Assembly (NCBI GenBank): GCA_963791345.1
Contig: CAWBRS010000002.1
Location: forward strand, 22,707 to 86,706
Source of the DNA: an uncultured Thermoleophilia bacterium
GTDB lineage: Bacteria > Actinomycetota > Thermoleophilia > UBA2241
DNA: 64,000 nt
Reading direction: 5' to 3'
The first letter of the stretch is position 1; each line of letters starts with the position of its first letter. Position numbers and translations under genes: made by a program. The notes beneath the pieces were generated by a model that saw only the letters and a list, made by a program, of their open reading frames with translations, was not told where the DNA came from and did not search any database. Positions 29,305 to 40,189 of this stretch are shown here, piece after piece.

Positions 29305-30681
29305 TCAGGCGCCGATCAGCTTCTTGATCAGGTCGGCGCGGCGCGTCGGGCGACCCTTCGACTCCTCGCTCTTGTCGGCGCTGGCCATCATCTGCAGGGC
29401 GAGGTTGATGCCGAGCCAGCGCAGGGGCTCGGGCTCCCAGAGGGGCGACTTGTGGCCGACCCAGGGCAGCGCGGTGAGCTCCGTGGTGGCGCCGGTGATG
29501 AGGTCGCGCAGCGTGCGCCCGGCGAGGTTGGTCGTCGACACGCCGTCGCCCACGTAGCCGCCGGCCCAGGCCATGCCCGCGGCGCGGTCGAGGCCGACCG
29601 AGCCGTACCAGTCGCGCGGCACGCCGATGGCTCCGCCCCAGCGGTGGGTGACACGGAAGTCGCCGACCTGCGGGAAGAGGGTGTGGATCAGGCGGCGCAG
29701 GTGCTCGTGCACGGCGTCGTTCACGATGTAGCCCTCGTCGAGCTTGGAGTCGTAGTGGTAGGGCGCCCCGCGGCCGCCGATGGCGATGCGGCCGTCCTCG
29801 GTGTGGCAGGCGTAGAAGATCAGGTGGCGCATGTCGCCGAAGACCTCGTGCTTCTTCCACCCGAGGCGCTCCCAGGTCTCGTCGGAGAGCGGCTCGGTCG
29901 CGATCATCAGCGAGTAGAGCGGCACGAGCTGGCGCTCGTAGCCGGGGAGCTCGGGGGTGAAGGCCTCGGTCGCGCGCACGACGACCTCGGCCTTGACCGT
30001 GCCGAACGGCGTCTCGGCGGCGTGCGGGGCGAGGGCGGTGACCGGCGTGCGCTCGTAGATCGGCACGCCGAGCTTCTCGACGACGTCGGCGAGGCCGCGG
30101 GCCAGGCGCGCCGGGTCGACGGCGGCGCCGTGCGTGCAGAGCACGGCGCCGAGGCAGCCGGCGACCTTGAGGCGCTCGCGCGTCTCGGCGGCGCCGAGCA
30201 TGACGTAGTCGTCCTCGCCGAAGCTCCAGGAGCGCTGGTACTCGAGCTCCTGGGCGAGGCGCAGCAGCTGCACGGGGTTGTTCGCGAGGTCGAGCTGGCC
30301 GTCGAGGTGGAAGCGGGCGTCGATCTGCTCGTCGGCGACGACGCGCTCGATCTCGTAGACGGTGTCGAAGAGGGCGCGCTGCTGGGCGACGACCGCGTCG
30401 CGCCCGTGGGTCTTGGCGGCGCGCTCGCGCGAGCCGGGGAAGGTGGTGTGGCACCAGCCGCCGTTGCGCCCCGAGCCTCCGTAGCCGGCGATCTCGCGCT
30501 CGAGGACGCAGACGCGCAGCTTGGGGTCGGCCTTCTTCAGGTAGTAGGCCGTCCAGAGGCCGGTGTAGCCGGCGCCGACGATGGCGACGTCGACCTCGGC
30601 GGCGCCGGGCAGGGAGGGCCGCGGGGTGAGCTCGCCGGGGACGCCGTCGAGCCACAGGCTGCGGGAGCGGTAGTCGGTCAC
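29305..30681 (-). CDS. FAD-dependent oxidoreductase (DAO family, PuuB/OrdL-like amine oxidase)
   Basis: VGAGYTGLWTA, GGSGRNGG, WGGAIGVPRD, GYVGDGVS, WEPEPLRW. Confidence 0.85.
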   Translation of the reverse strand: MTDYRSRSLWLDGVPGELTPRPSLPGAAEVDVAIVGAGYTGLWTAYYLKKADPKLRVCVLEREIAGYGGSGRNGGWCHTTFPGSRERAAKTHGRDAVVAQQRALFDTVYEIERVVADEQIDARFHLDGQLDLANNPVQLLRLAQELEYQRSWSFGEDDYVMLGAAETRERLKVAGCLGAVLCTHGAAVDPARLARGLADVVEKLGVPIYERTPVTALAPHAAETPFGTVKAEVVVRATEAFTPELPGYERQLVPLYSLMIATEPLSDETWERLGWKKHEVFGDMRHLIFYACHTEDGRIAIGGRGAPYHYDSKLDEGYIVNDAVHEHLRRLIHTLFPQVGDFRVTHRWGGAIGVPRDWYGSVGLDRAAGMAWAGGYVGDGVSTTNLAGRTLRDLITGATTELTALPWVGHKSPLWEPEPLRWLGINLALQMMASADKSEESKGRPTRRADLIKKLIGA

Positions 30682-30877
30682 GGGACCCTCCTCGGGGCGC
30701 GCGGTGATGTGCCTTCGCGAATCCTACACCGGCGCCGAGCCTGCGCGGGGCGCCTGAGACGCGGCGCGAGCGCCGGCGCAGCGCTTGAGCGCCGCCGTGC
30801 CGCGGATCGGCGGCGGCGTGCGGCGTGTCGGCGCGATCGGGGCTGACGGCGGCGGGCCGACGCATCAGAATGCCGGC

Positions 30878-31912
30878 ATGTGGTACGAGCGGCTGCTCGA
30901 GAGGGAGGTCGTCCCCGACGCGGTGACCCGGCGGGCCGTACGCCTGCGCCTCGCCCGCCTGCTGGCACGGCTCGAGCGGGAGGCCGGCGGCGACGCGGAG
31001 GCGCAGCTCCGCCGCGTCGCCGCCGGCCTCCGTCGCGAGCCCATCGCCGTGCACGTCGACGACGCCAACCGGCAGCACTACGAGCTGCCGACGGCCTTCT
31101 TCGCCGAGTTCCTCGGCCCCCGGCTCAAGTACTCGTGCTGCCTCTGGCCGCCGGGCGTCGACGACCTCGCCGCGGCCGAGGAGGCGATGCTCGCCCTGAC
31201 CTGCGCGCGCGCCGGGCTCGAGGACGGCATGACCGTCCTCGACCTCGGCTGCGGCTGGGGCTCGCTCGCCCTCTACGCCGCCGAGCGCTTCCCGGGCTCA
31301 CGGGTGCGGGCGGTGTCGAACTCGGGCTCGCAGGGCGAGCACGTCCGCGCCGAGGCGGCGCGGCGGGGGCTCGCCAACGTCACCGTCGACACCGCCGACG
31401 TGAGCACCTACGCGCCCGGGGCGCGCTTCGACCGCGTCGTCTCGATCGAGATGTTCGAGCACGTGCGCAACTATGCGCGCGCCTTCGCCCGGGTGCGCGA
31501 CTGGCTCACGCCGGACGGGCGCCTCTTCGTCCACGTCTTCAGCCACCGGCGGCACGCGTACCTCTTCGGGGACGGCCCGGAGGACTGGATGGGGCGCACG
31601 TTCTTCAGCGGGGGCACGATGCCGGCTCACGATCTCTTCCTCGAGTTCCAGGACGACCTCGAGGTCGTCGACCGCTGGCTCGTCGACGGCCGAGAGTACG
31701 CGCGCACTCTCGAGGACTGGCTGCGGCGCTTCGACGCCCGCGCGGCCCGCATCGACCCGATCCTCGCCGCGACCTACGGGCCCGACGCGGTGCGGCGGTG
31801 GCGCGTGAACTGGCGGCTCTTCTTCATCGCCTGCGCCGAGACCTTCGCCTACGCGGACGGGCAGGAGTGGGCCGTCTCGCACTACCTGTTCGCGCCGCGC
31901 GCCGCGGGCTGA
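30878..31912 (+). CDS. SAM-dependent methyltransferase (cyclopropane-fatty-acyl synthase family)
   Basis: ANRQHYELP, LKYSCC, LDLGCGWGS, VSIEMFEHVRNY, FFSGGTMP. Confidence 0.88.
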   Translation: MWYERLLEREVVPDAVTRRAVRLRLARLLARLEREAGGDAEAQLRRVAAGLRREPIAVHVDDANRQHYELPTAFFAEFLGPRLKYSCCLWPPGVDDLAAAEEAMLALTCARAGLEDGMTVLDLGCGWGSLALYAAERFPGSRVRAVSNSGSQGEHVRAEAARRGLANVTVDTADVSTYAPGARFDRVVSIEMFEHVRNYARAFARVRDWLTPDGRLFVHVFSHRRHAYLFGDGPEDWMGRTFFSGGTMPAHDLFLEFQDDLEVVDRWLVDGREYARTLEDWLRRFDARAARIDPILAATYGPDAVRRWRVNWRLFFIACAETFAYADGQEWAVSHYLFAPRAAG

Positions 31913-31969
31913 GCCGCCGAGCCTCGTCGGCGGGTCGACGCGCCGCACGCCGCCGGCCCCGCCTTCAGC

Positions 31970-33022
31970 TCAGGGGACGAGCACCAGCTTGCCGAGCGCC
32001 GGACCCTCGATGAGCAGGCGGTGGGCCTGCGGCGGCCTCGGCGAGCGGCAGCTCGCGGCCGACGACCGGCCGCAGGCGGCCGGACTCGAGGGCCGCCTGC
32101 ACGCCGGCACGTGCGGCGGCGAGCTCCTCGGGGCGCGCGTTCGGGAGGCGCATGGCGAGGATCGTCGCCTCGCGGTCCATGAGGTCGCGCGGGTCGATCT
32201 CGACCCGGCCGCGGCTGCCGACGACGACGACGCGGCCGCGCGGCGCCAGCGCCGGCAGGTCGCGGCCGAGGTTCGCGTTCGCGAGCAGCTCGACGACGAG
32301 GTCGACACCGCGCCCTCCCGTCCGCTCGCGTACCGCGTCGAGGTGTCCCGGGTCGCGGTGGTCGAAGGCGGCGGCCGCGCCGTGCTCGAGCACGAGCGCG
32401 CGGCCCTCGCGCGCTGCCGGCCGTGGCCAGCACGGTGAGGTCGCCGGCGACGGCGAGCTGCACGGCGGCCAGGCCGACGGCGCCGCTGCCGCCGTGGACG
32501 AGCACGGTCTCGCCCGGACGCGCCCGGCCGCGCTGGAAGAGGGCGCGGAAGGCGGTGACGGCAGGGGTGCCGACGGCCGCGCCCTGGGCGAAGGTCAGCT
32601 CTTCGGGCAGCGGGTGGACGTCTTCGGGGCGGCAGAGGGCGAGCTCGGCGTAGGTGCCCGTGAGCGAGCCCGAGGTGTAGACGCGATCGCCCGGTGCGGG
32701 GGACCAGACCGGCCCGCTGCCGGCGGCCGGTGCGCCGGCGGCGGCCGGCTCGCCGGCGGCAGACGAGTCGGTCGTGTCGGCCGCCCCTCCCGCCGTCGAG
32801 GGCCCGAGCGCCACCACGACTCCGCCGGCGTCCCCGCCGGGCGTGTACGGCAGGTCGCGGCAGCTCTGCGTACGCGCCGCCGCGCTTGTACGTGTCCACG
32901 GGGTTCACGCCGGCGGCTCTCACGCGGACGAGGATCTCCCCGGGTGCCGGAGAGGGCTCCGGGACTTCCTCGACCACGAGCACCTCGGGACCCCCGAAGC
33001 GGTGGATGCGAACGGCTCTCAT
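31970..33022 (-). CDS. NADPH:quinone reductase (zeta-crystallin family), frameshifted
   Basis: FGGPEVL, AAGVNPVD, GTYAE, VLVHGGSGAVG, GRGVD, GKLVLVP. Confidence 0.85.
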   Translation of the reverse strand: MRAVRIHRFGGPEVLVVEEVPEPSPAPGEILVRVRAAGVNPVDTYKRGGAYAELPRPAVHARRGRRRSRGGARALDGGRGGRHDRLVCRRRAGRRRRTGRRQRAGLVPRTGRSRLHLGLAHGHLRRARPLPPRRRPPAARRADLRPGRGRRHPCRHRLPRPLPARPGASGRDRARPRRQRRRRPGRRAARRRRRPHRAGHGRQRARAARSCSSTARPPPSTTATRDTSTRYASGREGAVSTSSSSCSRTRTSAATCRRWRRAAASSSSAAAAGSRSTRATSWTARRRSSPCASRTRAPRSSPPHVPACRRPSSPAACGRSSAASCRSPRPPQAHRLLIEGPALGKLVLVP

Positions 33023-33048
33023 CCTGCTCCCCCTTGCCGTGCCGGCGC

Positions 33049-34264
33049 TCAGGGAACGACGACCGTGGCGCCGTCGCTCAGGTAGCCGGTCAGCCGGTAC
33101 GTCTGCCCCGCGTCGAGCTGCTCGTACGTGTAGTCGCCCGGCGTGCTGCCGGGCTGCATCGGGGCGCCGGTGAACGGATTGTCCGGCCACGGGTCGACGT
33201 ACGCGCCGATCTCACCGGCGGCGGTCACCTCGTTCACGGGCGGGAAGAGGCCGCCGTGCTCGGCGGCCCAGCTCAGCACGCCGACCTGGAGGCGGGTGAT
33301 CGCCGCCCGGACCTGGTCGTCGGGCGACGCCGTCGGCGTCGGGCTGGCTGCCCGGGCTGCCCGTCGTCGTCGGCGTGGCCGTCGGCGTCTGGGTCGGGCG
33401 TCGCGGTCGGCGCGGGCGCCGGGCTGGTCTCCGCTGGGCCCGAGCCCAGCGACGAGACGCGCGCCAGGCGCTGCACGGCGGTCCCGCCCGCGGACTCGAG
33501 GGTCGCCATGAGGTGGTCGTCGTCTTCGCTGTGGGCGAGGCGCAGCGTCGCCGGACCTCCGCCGTCCACCAGCGGCCCGGCGTCGGCGAACGTGACGACC
33601 AGGTCGTCGCCCTCCCACGCCGCGGCGACCGTGGCGATCGCCTCGACCTCGGCGGAGTAGACCGTCACCGCGGCCACGTCGCCCTGGTCCTCGATCACGA
33701 GGCCGCCGAGCGGCCCGAGGCTGTCGGCCGTGGGGCCCCACGTGCCGACGAAGGGCTCGAGGTCGGGCCCTCTCGTGAGCAGGGCGAAGGTGACGGCCAG
33801 GCCGAGCCCGACGGCGATGCCGATGAGGGCGAACCAGACGACGCGGGGCGGGCGCCACCCGCCCCCGCCGTCGGCGGGTGCGGCCGGCGACGTCCAGACC
33901 TCGCGGCCGACCGGCGGCGGCGTGCCCGGTGCGCGTGCGGCGCGCCGAGGACGCGCGTCGCCGCCTCGCCGGGCAGCGCCCGAGTCGGAGGCTCCGCGGG
34001 GGGCGCGACGCTGGTGACCGCGGCGTCGCCCGGGGGCTCGGCCGCGTCGTCGGGCGTCGCGCCGGGTCCCGGCGCGACCCTCGTCGCTTCATCGCCGGGC
34101 CGGACCTGCGTCACGTCGTCGCCCGGCTCGTCGCCGTCGCCGGGCCGGACCTGCGTCGCGTCCCCACCGGGCTGCCCCGGCGTAGCTTCCTCTGCGCTTG
34201 GGCCGCCCGGCCCCTCTGCCGACTCTCCGCCTCGCGGCGTCTCGTTGCGCTCGTCGTCGCTCAT
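33049..34264 (-). CDS. Membrane protein with acidic repeat N-terminus, TM helix and C-terminal pilin/GspG-like domain; frameshifted
   Basis: DxTQVRPG repeats; TM near 33800; LQVGVLSWAAEHGGLFPP...WPDNPFTGAPMQPGSTPGDYTY...YRLTGYLSDG. Confidence 0.55.
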
Positions 34265-34297
34265 GCTCAGCGTCCTCTCCGCCGGAGGTCTTCCCGC

Positions 34298-35596
34298 TCA
34301 GCCGGCGGTGTCCTCCGGCGTGCCGCTCCGCTCGAGGCGCCGCCAGAGGTCGAAGAACCCGGGGCAGGTCTTGGCCACGCAGTCCGGGTCGAGGATGGTG
34401 AGGCCCCGGGACCGCAGACCCGTCACCGCGAACGACATCGCGATGCGGTGGTCGCCGCGCGGGTCGATCTCCGCCGCGTGGGGGGTGCCGGGGATCACGC
34501 GCAGCCGGTCCGGGCCCGACTCGACCCGGATGCCGGCTCCGCGCAGGTTCTCCTCGACGGCGGCGATGCGGTCCGACTCTTTGAGGCGCACGTTGCCGAT
34601 GCCGGTGATGGTGACCGGCGCGAGGGCGAACGGCGCGATCGCGGCCAGGGTCATGAAGGTGTCGGAGATGTCGCCCATGTCGACGGTCAGGCCGTTGAGC
34701 AGCCCCGTCCCCGCGACCTGCAGGCCGTGCGGCGTGTCGCGCACCTCGGCGCCCATCGCCTCGAGGACGTCGACGAAGCGCACGTCGCCCTGCAGCGCGC
34801 CGTCGCGCCGCAGGCCCTCGACGGTGACGCGGCCGCCGGTCAGGGCCGCCGCGGCGAAGAAGTACGACGCGGTCGAGGCGTCGGGCTCGACCGCGTACTC
34901 GCGCCCGGCGTAGGCGCCCGGGGCGGGCACGGTGAAGCGCTCGTGGGCTTCGCGCTGCACGGCGACGCCGAAGTCGCGCATCATGGCCAGCGTCATGTCG
35001 ATGTACGGACGGCTGACGGGACCGTCGACGTGCAGGCTCAGCGGCGCCGCGCCGAGCGGCGCCGCCATGAGCAGCGCGGAGACGAACTGGCTCGACACGT
35101 CGCCCGCCAGGCGCAGGTCGCCGCCGGAGATACCGCGCCCGGTCACCGTCACCGGGAGGTGCTCGGCGGCCGGAGGCGCGACGCCGGCACCGAGCGTCTC
35201 CAGGGCGCGCAACAGCGGGCCCATCGGGCGGCGCCGCAGCTGCGGCGAGCCGTCGAGGGTGTAGACGCCGCGCGAGGCGGCGCAGGCGGCAAGGAGGAAG
35301 CGCGCCGCCGTCCCGGCGTCGCGACAGTCGACGGCGGCTCGGTCGGCCGGCAGCCGGCCGGCCGCGCCCTCGACGGCGAGGCGGCCGGTCGCCTGCCGCT
35401 CGACGGTCACGCCGAGCGCCCGCAGGCCGTCGATGAAGGCCGAGGTGTCGTCGGCCTCGAGGGCGTCGAGGATGACCGAGTCGCCGTGCGCGAGAGCGGC
35501 GAGGAGAAGTGCCCGGTTGGTGACGCTCTTCGAGCCCGGCAGGCGCACGACGACGTCGAGGTCGGAGCGGGCGGGGCGGATCGGTCGTGCCGGCAT
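34298..35596 (-). CDS. aroA: 3-phosphoshikimate 1-carboxyvinyltransferase
   Basis: PGSKSVTNR, AGTAARF, RRRPM, SSQFVSALLM, RLKESDRI, DHRIAM, KTCPGF. Confidence 0.95.
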   Translation of the reverse strand: MPARPIRPARSDLDVVVRLPGSKSVTNRALLLAALAHGDSVILDALEADDTSAFIDGLRALGVTVERQATGRLAVEGAAGRLPADRAAVDCRDAGTAARFLLAACAASRGVYTLDGSPQLRRRPMGPLLRALETLGAGVAPPAAEHLPVTVTGRGISGGDLRLAGDVSSQFVSALLMAAPLGAAPLSLHVDGPVSRPYIDMTLAMMRDFGVAVQREAHERFTVPAPGAYAGREYAVEPDASTASYFFAAAALTGGRVTVEGLRRDGALQGDVRFVDVLEAMGAEVRDTPHGLQVAGTGLLNGLTVDMGDISDTFMTLAAIAPFALAPVTITGIGNVRLKESDRIAAVEENLRGAGIRVESGPDRLRVIPGTPHAAEIDPRGDHRIAMSFAVTGLRSRGLTILDPDCVAKTCPGFFDLWRRLERSGTPEDTAG

Positions 35597-35673
35597 GATG
35601 CTGGGGATGATACCAGCGCCGGGTGCCGGCGGGCGGTCGCGGACCGCCCGCCGGCACCCGGCGTCCTCTGCGG

Positions 35674-36049
35674 TCAGAGGCCGGTCACGTGCACCGCGAC
35701 GGCCGAGATCTCGGCGTCGCTGAGCGACTCCTCGAAGCCGGGCATGCCGCCTCCGCCGCTGCGCACCTTCGCCTCGATCTCGGCGAGGTCGTCCTCGCCG
35801 CGCAGGTCGGGCCCGACGCCGCCGGAGCCGTCCTCGTTGTGGCAGCCGGCGCACTGCCCGGCGAAGATCACGGCGCCGTCGGTGTCGCCGGCAGGGGTCG
35901 TTTCCGCCGGGGTCGGCTCGGCCGAGGTAGACGCCGCCGGTGTCGGTCGACGGCTCGGCCGCGCCGCCGTTCTCCTCTTCCCCGCAGGCCACGACCGCCA
36001 GAGACGCGACGGCCAGGAGCAGGACGAGGAACAGCACGCTTCCCTTCAT
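35674..36049 (-). CDS. Lipoprotein monohaem cytochrome c (frameshifted)
   Basis: Lipobox VVAC; CAGCH haem motif; GGGGMP axial Met. Confidence 0.8.
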
Positions 36050-36150
36050 GAGGCTCCTTTCGTCGGGGACTCGCTCGTACGTACCCCGGCAGGTGCCCGT
36101 CCACGCCACGGTACAATGCCCGCCGGGGACGACGGGAAGAAGGGAGCGCG

Positions 36151-36822
36151 ATGCCGCGAGTGTGGCGGGGCGAGACACGACGACCTCCAGTCACGGGGCG
36201 ACGACGCGGCCGAGACCGCCGGCTCGGCGACGCCGCCGCGCTGCGACGCGCCGCGGGCGCCGCTCTGCCGCTGGTTGCGGCTCTGCTGCTCGCCGGCCTG
36301 CTTGCAGCTCTTGCCGTCGGCGCCTGCGGCGGCGGGGAAGAGGCCGCGCCGGCGCCGGCCGAGCCCCTCGTCGGCCGGCGCTTCCCGTCCGTGGTCGGCG
36401 AGGCGCTCTCGGGTGCCGCCGTGCGGCTGCCGGAAGACTTCGCAGGGGCGCCGGTCCTCGTCGTCGTGGCGCCGGCCGGTGAGGCGCAGGAGGACGCCGA
36501 CCGCTACCTCGTCTCCCTGCGCTCCCGCGGCGTGGCGTTCATCGAGACCCCGGTGCTGGCCTCGCTCGTCACCCGTCTGACACAGCGGTACCACAACGGC
36601 AAGCTCAAGGAGACCGAGCCGCGCGACATCTGGGGGCGCATCGTGCCGCTCTACAAGGACGGCGCCGTGCTCGCCGAGTTCATCGGCGAGGTCGAGGACG
36701 AGGCAAGAGCGCTCGTCCTCGTGCTCGACCGCGACGGCGTCATCCGCTTCCTCGACGACGGGGGCTACGACGCCCCGACGCTCGAGGCGGCGGTCGCCGC
36801 CTACGAGAGCCTGCGCCGCTGA
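36151..36822 (+). CDS. Hypothetical lipoprotein (thioredoxin-like fold); start uncertain
   Basis: Lipobox VGAC; FPSVVGEALSG..VRLP, VLVLDRDGVIRF. Confidence 0.55.
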   Translation: MPRVWRGETRRPPVTGRRRGRDRRLGDAAALRRAAGAALPLVAALLLAGLLAALAVGACGGGEEAAPAPAEPLVGRRFPSVVGEALSGAAVRLPEDFAGAPVLVVVAPAGEAQEDADRYLVSLRSRGVAFIETPVLASLVTRLTQRYHNGKLKETEPRDIWGRIVPLYKDGAVLAEFIGEVEDEARALVLVLDRDGVIRFLDDGGYDAPTLEAAVAAYESLRR

Positions 36823-36899
36823 GCGAGCGGCCCAGGCGGGCTGAGTCCCGCGGCTCCGGGCCGTCGTCGGCGGAGGCTCGAGCCGCGCGGCCCCGCCGC

Positions 36900-37886
36900 C
36901 TACGCGAGCCTGCGGTCCGGAGGCAGCTTCCGCTGGTACAGCAGGTACTCGTGGGCGACGTGCATGCCGGCGCGCTCGTACACCTTGAGGGCGCGCGTCG
37001 CGGCGTCGGCGTCGACGCCGAGCTCGACCCGCGCCTGACCACGCGCCAGGAGGGCGGCGAAGACGTGCGACAGCAGCGCACCGCCGACGCCTCGCCGGCG
37101 CCAGGGGCGCAGCACCCCGAGTCCCTTGACCCAGCCGAGGTCGCCGTGGTCGTAGGCGATGATCCCGCCGACGGCCTGCTCGCCGGTCTGATCTCCGGCT
37201 CCGGCGGCAGCCCAGGCGAGGGACCAGAGCCCCGGGTCGAAGTCGGGGTGGTCGACGAGTCGCCGGCGCCAGGCCTCGAAGGGCTCCTCGCTCTGGCGGA
37301 AGTGGTCGGCGAAGGACTCGTTCATCACGTCGCGCATGGTGCGCTCGTCAGAGCCCGGGCGGAAGGGCCGGATCTCGACGCCGTCGGGAGCCTCGAGGCG
37401 CGGCGTCGCCGCGCCGAGGTCGGCGGCCATGCGCAGCACGCGGCGCCGCAGCGCGTAGCCGCCCCCCTCGAGGAGGTGGCGTTTCGCCGCGTTGCCGCCG
37501 AAGGCGAAGATCGAGAGCCGCGGCTCGGGGTACGCGCGTTCGGCGGCGAGCTCCGCGGCGCGCCGCTCGACGAGGTCGAGCAGGCGGCGCGCCAGCCCCG
37601 CCTCGCCGCCCTCCGGGTGCACGAACACGTCGCCCTCGAGCTCGCCGGTGCGGAACTGGTCGCCGGCGTAGGCGTAGCCCGTCGGCACTCCGTCGGGGCC
37701 GACGGCGAGCCACGCGTCGCGGGCGAGGTCGAAACCGGCCTCGCCCCAGTCGCTCTCGAGGTCCTCGGCCGTGCTGTCGGGGTGGCCGATCTCGGCTACG
37801 TCGATCGTGTTCAGCAGGTCGACGACCTCGGGCAGGTCGCCGCGCGTGGGCGCACGGACGTCACTGGGCGGAGCTCCTGCAGACAT
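36900..37886 (-). CDS. Tandem GNAT-family acetyltransferase
   Basis: VHPE..EAGLARRLL; LGVLRPWRRRGVGGALL; ALKVYERAGM. Confidence 0.8.
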   Translation of the reverse strand: MSAGAPPSDVRAPTRGDLPEVVDLLNTIDVAEIGHPDSTAEDLESDWGEAGFDLARDAWLAVGPDGVPTGYAYAGDQFRTGELEGDVFVHPEGGEAGLARRLLDLVERRAAELAAERAYPEPRLSIFAFGGNAAKRHLLEGGGYALRRRVLRMAADLGAATPRLEAPDGVEIRPFRPGSDERTMRDVMNESFADHFRQSEEPFEAWRRRLVDHPDFDPGLWSLAWAAAGAGDQTGEQAVGGIIAYDHGDLGWVKGLGVLRPWRRRGVGGALLSHVFAALLARGQARVELGVDADAATRALKVYERAGMHVAHEYLLYQRKLPPDRRLA

Positions 37887-37912
37887 CGCTGGATCGGTCT
37901 CAGCGCGGCGGC

Positions 37913-39215
37913 TCAGAACGTCGAGCCCCTCGAGCCGTGCGAAGATCACCTCGCGACCGGCGCGGTACTGCTCGGGGTCCATCGCGGCGTCGACCTCTTC
38001 GGGGCTCAGCACGGCCATGGCCTCGGCGTTCTCCTTGATCAGGCCGCCGAAGTCGACGCCCTCGCGCCAGGCGCGCATCGCCGAGTCCTGCACGACGCGG
38101 TAGGCGTCCTCGCGCGACATCCCCTTGTCGACGAGGGCGAGCAGGACCGACCCGCTGAAGACGAGACGCTGCGACTGACCCAGGTTCGCGAGCATGCGGT
38201 CGGTGTCGACGACGAGGCGGTCGAACATCGTCGTGCTCTTCTGCAGCATGTAGTCGAGGAGGATGCAGCTGTCGGGGAGGACGATGCGCTCGGCCGAGCT
38301 GTGGCTGATGTCGCGCTCGTGCCAGAGGGCGACGTTCTCGAGGCCGACCATGGCGTTGCCGCGCAGCACGCGGGCGCAGCCCGCCATGCGCTCGCTGAGG
38401 ATCGGGTTGCGCTTGTGGGGCATGGCCGAGGAGCCCTTCTGGCCCTTGCCGAACGCCTCCTCGGCCTCGCGCACCTCGGTGCGCTGCAGGTGTCGGACCT
38501 CGAGAGCGAACTTCTCGAGGCTCGCGCCGATGACCGCGAGGCAGCTCAGGAAGCAGGCGTGGCGGTCGCGCTGCACGACCTGGTTCGAGATCGGCTCGAA
38601 GCCGATGCCGAGCTCGGCGCAGACGAGCTCCTCGACGCGCGGGTCGATCGCGTTGTAGGCGCCGACGGCGCCGCTCAGCTTGCCGACGGCGGCGTTCTCG
38701 GTGACGCGGCGGAGGCGTTCGAGGTGGCGTGCCACCTCGAACGCCCACATCCCGAGCTTCATCCCGAAGGTGATCGGCTCGGCGTGGATGCCGTGCGTGC
38801 GCCCGACCTGGACCGCGTCCTTGAATTCGAAGGCGCGCCGCTTGAGGACCTCGCCGAGGGCGAGGAGGTCCTTCTCGAGCAGCGCGCCGGCGCTCTTGAT
38901 CTGCAGGGCCAGGCCGGTGTCGAGCATGTCGCTCGAGGTCATGCCGTAGTGGACCCACTTGGAGGCCTCGCCGACGTGCTCGGCGACGTTGGTGAGGAAG
39001 GCGATGACGTCGTGGTTCGTCGTCGCCTCGATCTCGGCCACGCGCTCGACCTCGAAGGCCGCTTTGGCCTCGATCTCGACGACCGCGTCGTCCGGCACCT
39101 TGCCCAGCGTGTTCCAGGCCTTCACGGCGGCGATCTCGACCTCGAGCCAGGCCTGCATCTTGGCCTCTTCGGTCCAGACGGCGCCCATCTCGGGCAGGGT
39201 GTAGCGCTCGATCAT
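37913..39215 (-). CDS. purB: Adenylosuccinate lyase
   Basis: MIERYT, HYGMTSSD, GRTHGIHAEP, GSSAMPHKRNP, HERDISHSSAER; runs in-frame into GNAT in this assembly. Confidence 0.95.
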
Positions 39216-39411
39216 CGTCCCCTCCGGTGCGACGGCGTTGACGGCACGCAGGGTCACGCGAGGTGTGCGGCGATTCTCTCACAGAGACCCGCGCCGCGGG
39301 GCGCCGCGCGGCGACCGGCCGCGTGTCGCGCGGCCGCGGCCGGCGTGCGGGCGCGTCCCCGCGTTCGGTGGGGGTAGGATGCCGCCGATGGCTGTCGCGA
39401 GAGGAGGCGGG

Positions 39412-39678
39412 ATGCAGTCGGAGGAGGAACTTCGCACACGGGCTCTCGAGCGGGTGAAGAAGAAGCGCGACCTCTTCACCCACCTCGTCGCCTACGTGAT
39501 CGTCAACGCCTTCCTCATCGGCATCTGGTACTTCACCGGGGCGGGCTACTTCTGGCCCGGCTGGGTCCTGGGCGGCTGGGGGATCGGCGTCGCCTTCAAC
39601 ATCTGGGACGTGTACGGGCGGAGCGAGATCACCGAGGAGGACATCCAGAAGGAGATGGAGGAGCTGCGCCGCCGATGA
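39412..39678 (+). CDS. 2TM-domain membrane protein
   Basis: HLVAYVIVNAFL, YFWPGWVLGGWGIG. Confidence 0.8.
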   Translation: MQSEEELRTRALERVKKKRDLFTHLVAYVIVNAFLIGIWYFTGAGYFWPGWVLGGWGIGVAFNIWDVYGRSEITEEDIQKEMEELRRR

Positions 39679-39784
39679 GCGCCTGCGGAGCGACGGCGCA
39701 CGACGCCGCCGAGGCGCCGGCCGCCGCGTGCCCGCCCAGCCCGGCTCACTCTGTCACCGGCCGGCCCACTCGGCGCCGCTTGGC

Positions 39785-40189
39785 TCACTCCGGCTGGGGC
39801 CGGGTGAAGCGTACGAGCTGCTCCTCGCCCTCCTCGGGGTCGTAGCGCGCGATCAGTTGCTGTCCGCCGGCGTCGAGCTCGAAGGCGATCGTCCAGCGTG
39901 CCCCCTCAGCCCCGCCCTCGGCGTACAGCCTGCCGCCGTCGCTGTAGATGCGCTCGGGCGAGGCGCCGTCGACCCGCAGCCCCTCGATGCGGTACGACTC
40001 GCCCTGCTGCTGGATGTCGAGGCGCGTGTCGCCGAGGAGGACGCAGGAGCCGGCCCACTCGCCGGTCAGGTCGTCGCCGTGACGCAGCAGCCGGCCGAAC
40101 CCCCAGACGGCGACCCAGACGACGGCGACGAGGAGGGCGAGCGCGACCAGTCGCCGCCGCCACGCCGTCTGCCTGTCGATGCGCCCCAC
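39785..40189 (-). CDS. Hypothetical protein with N-terminal TM
   Basis: RRRLVALALL...; LTGEWAG. Confidence 0.5.
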   Translation of the reverse strand: MGRIDRQTAWRRRLVALALLVAVVWVAVWGFGRLLRHGDDLTGEWAGSCVLLGDTRLDIQQQGESYRIEGLRVDGASPERIYSDGGRLYAEGGAEGARWTIAFELDAGGQQLIARYDPEEGEEQLVRFTRPQPE

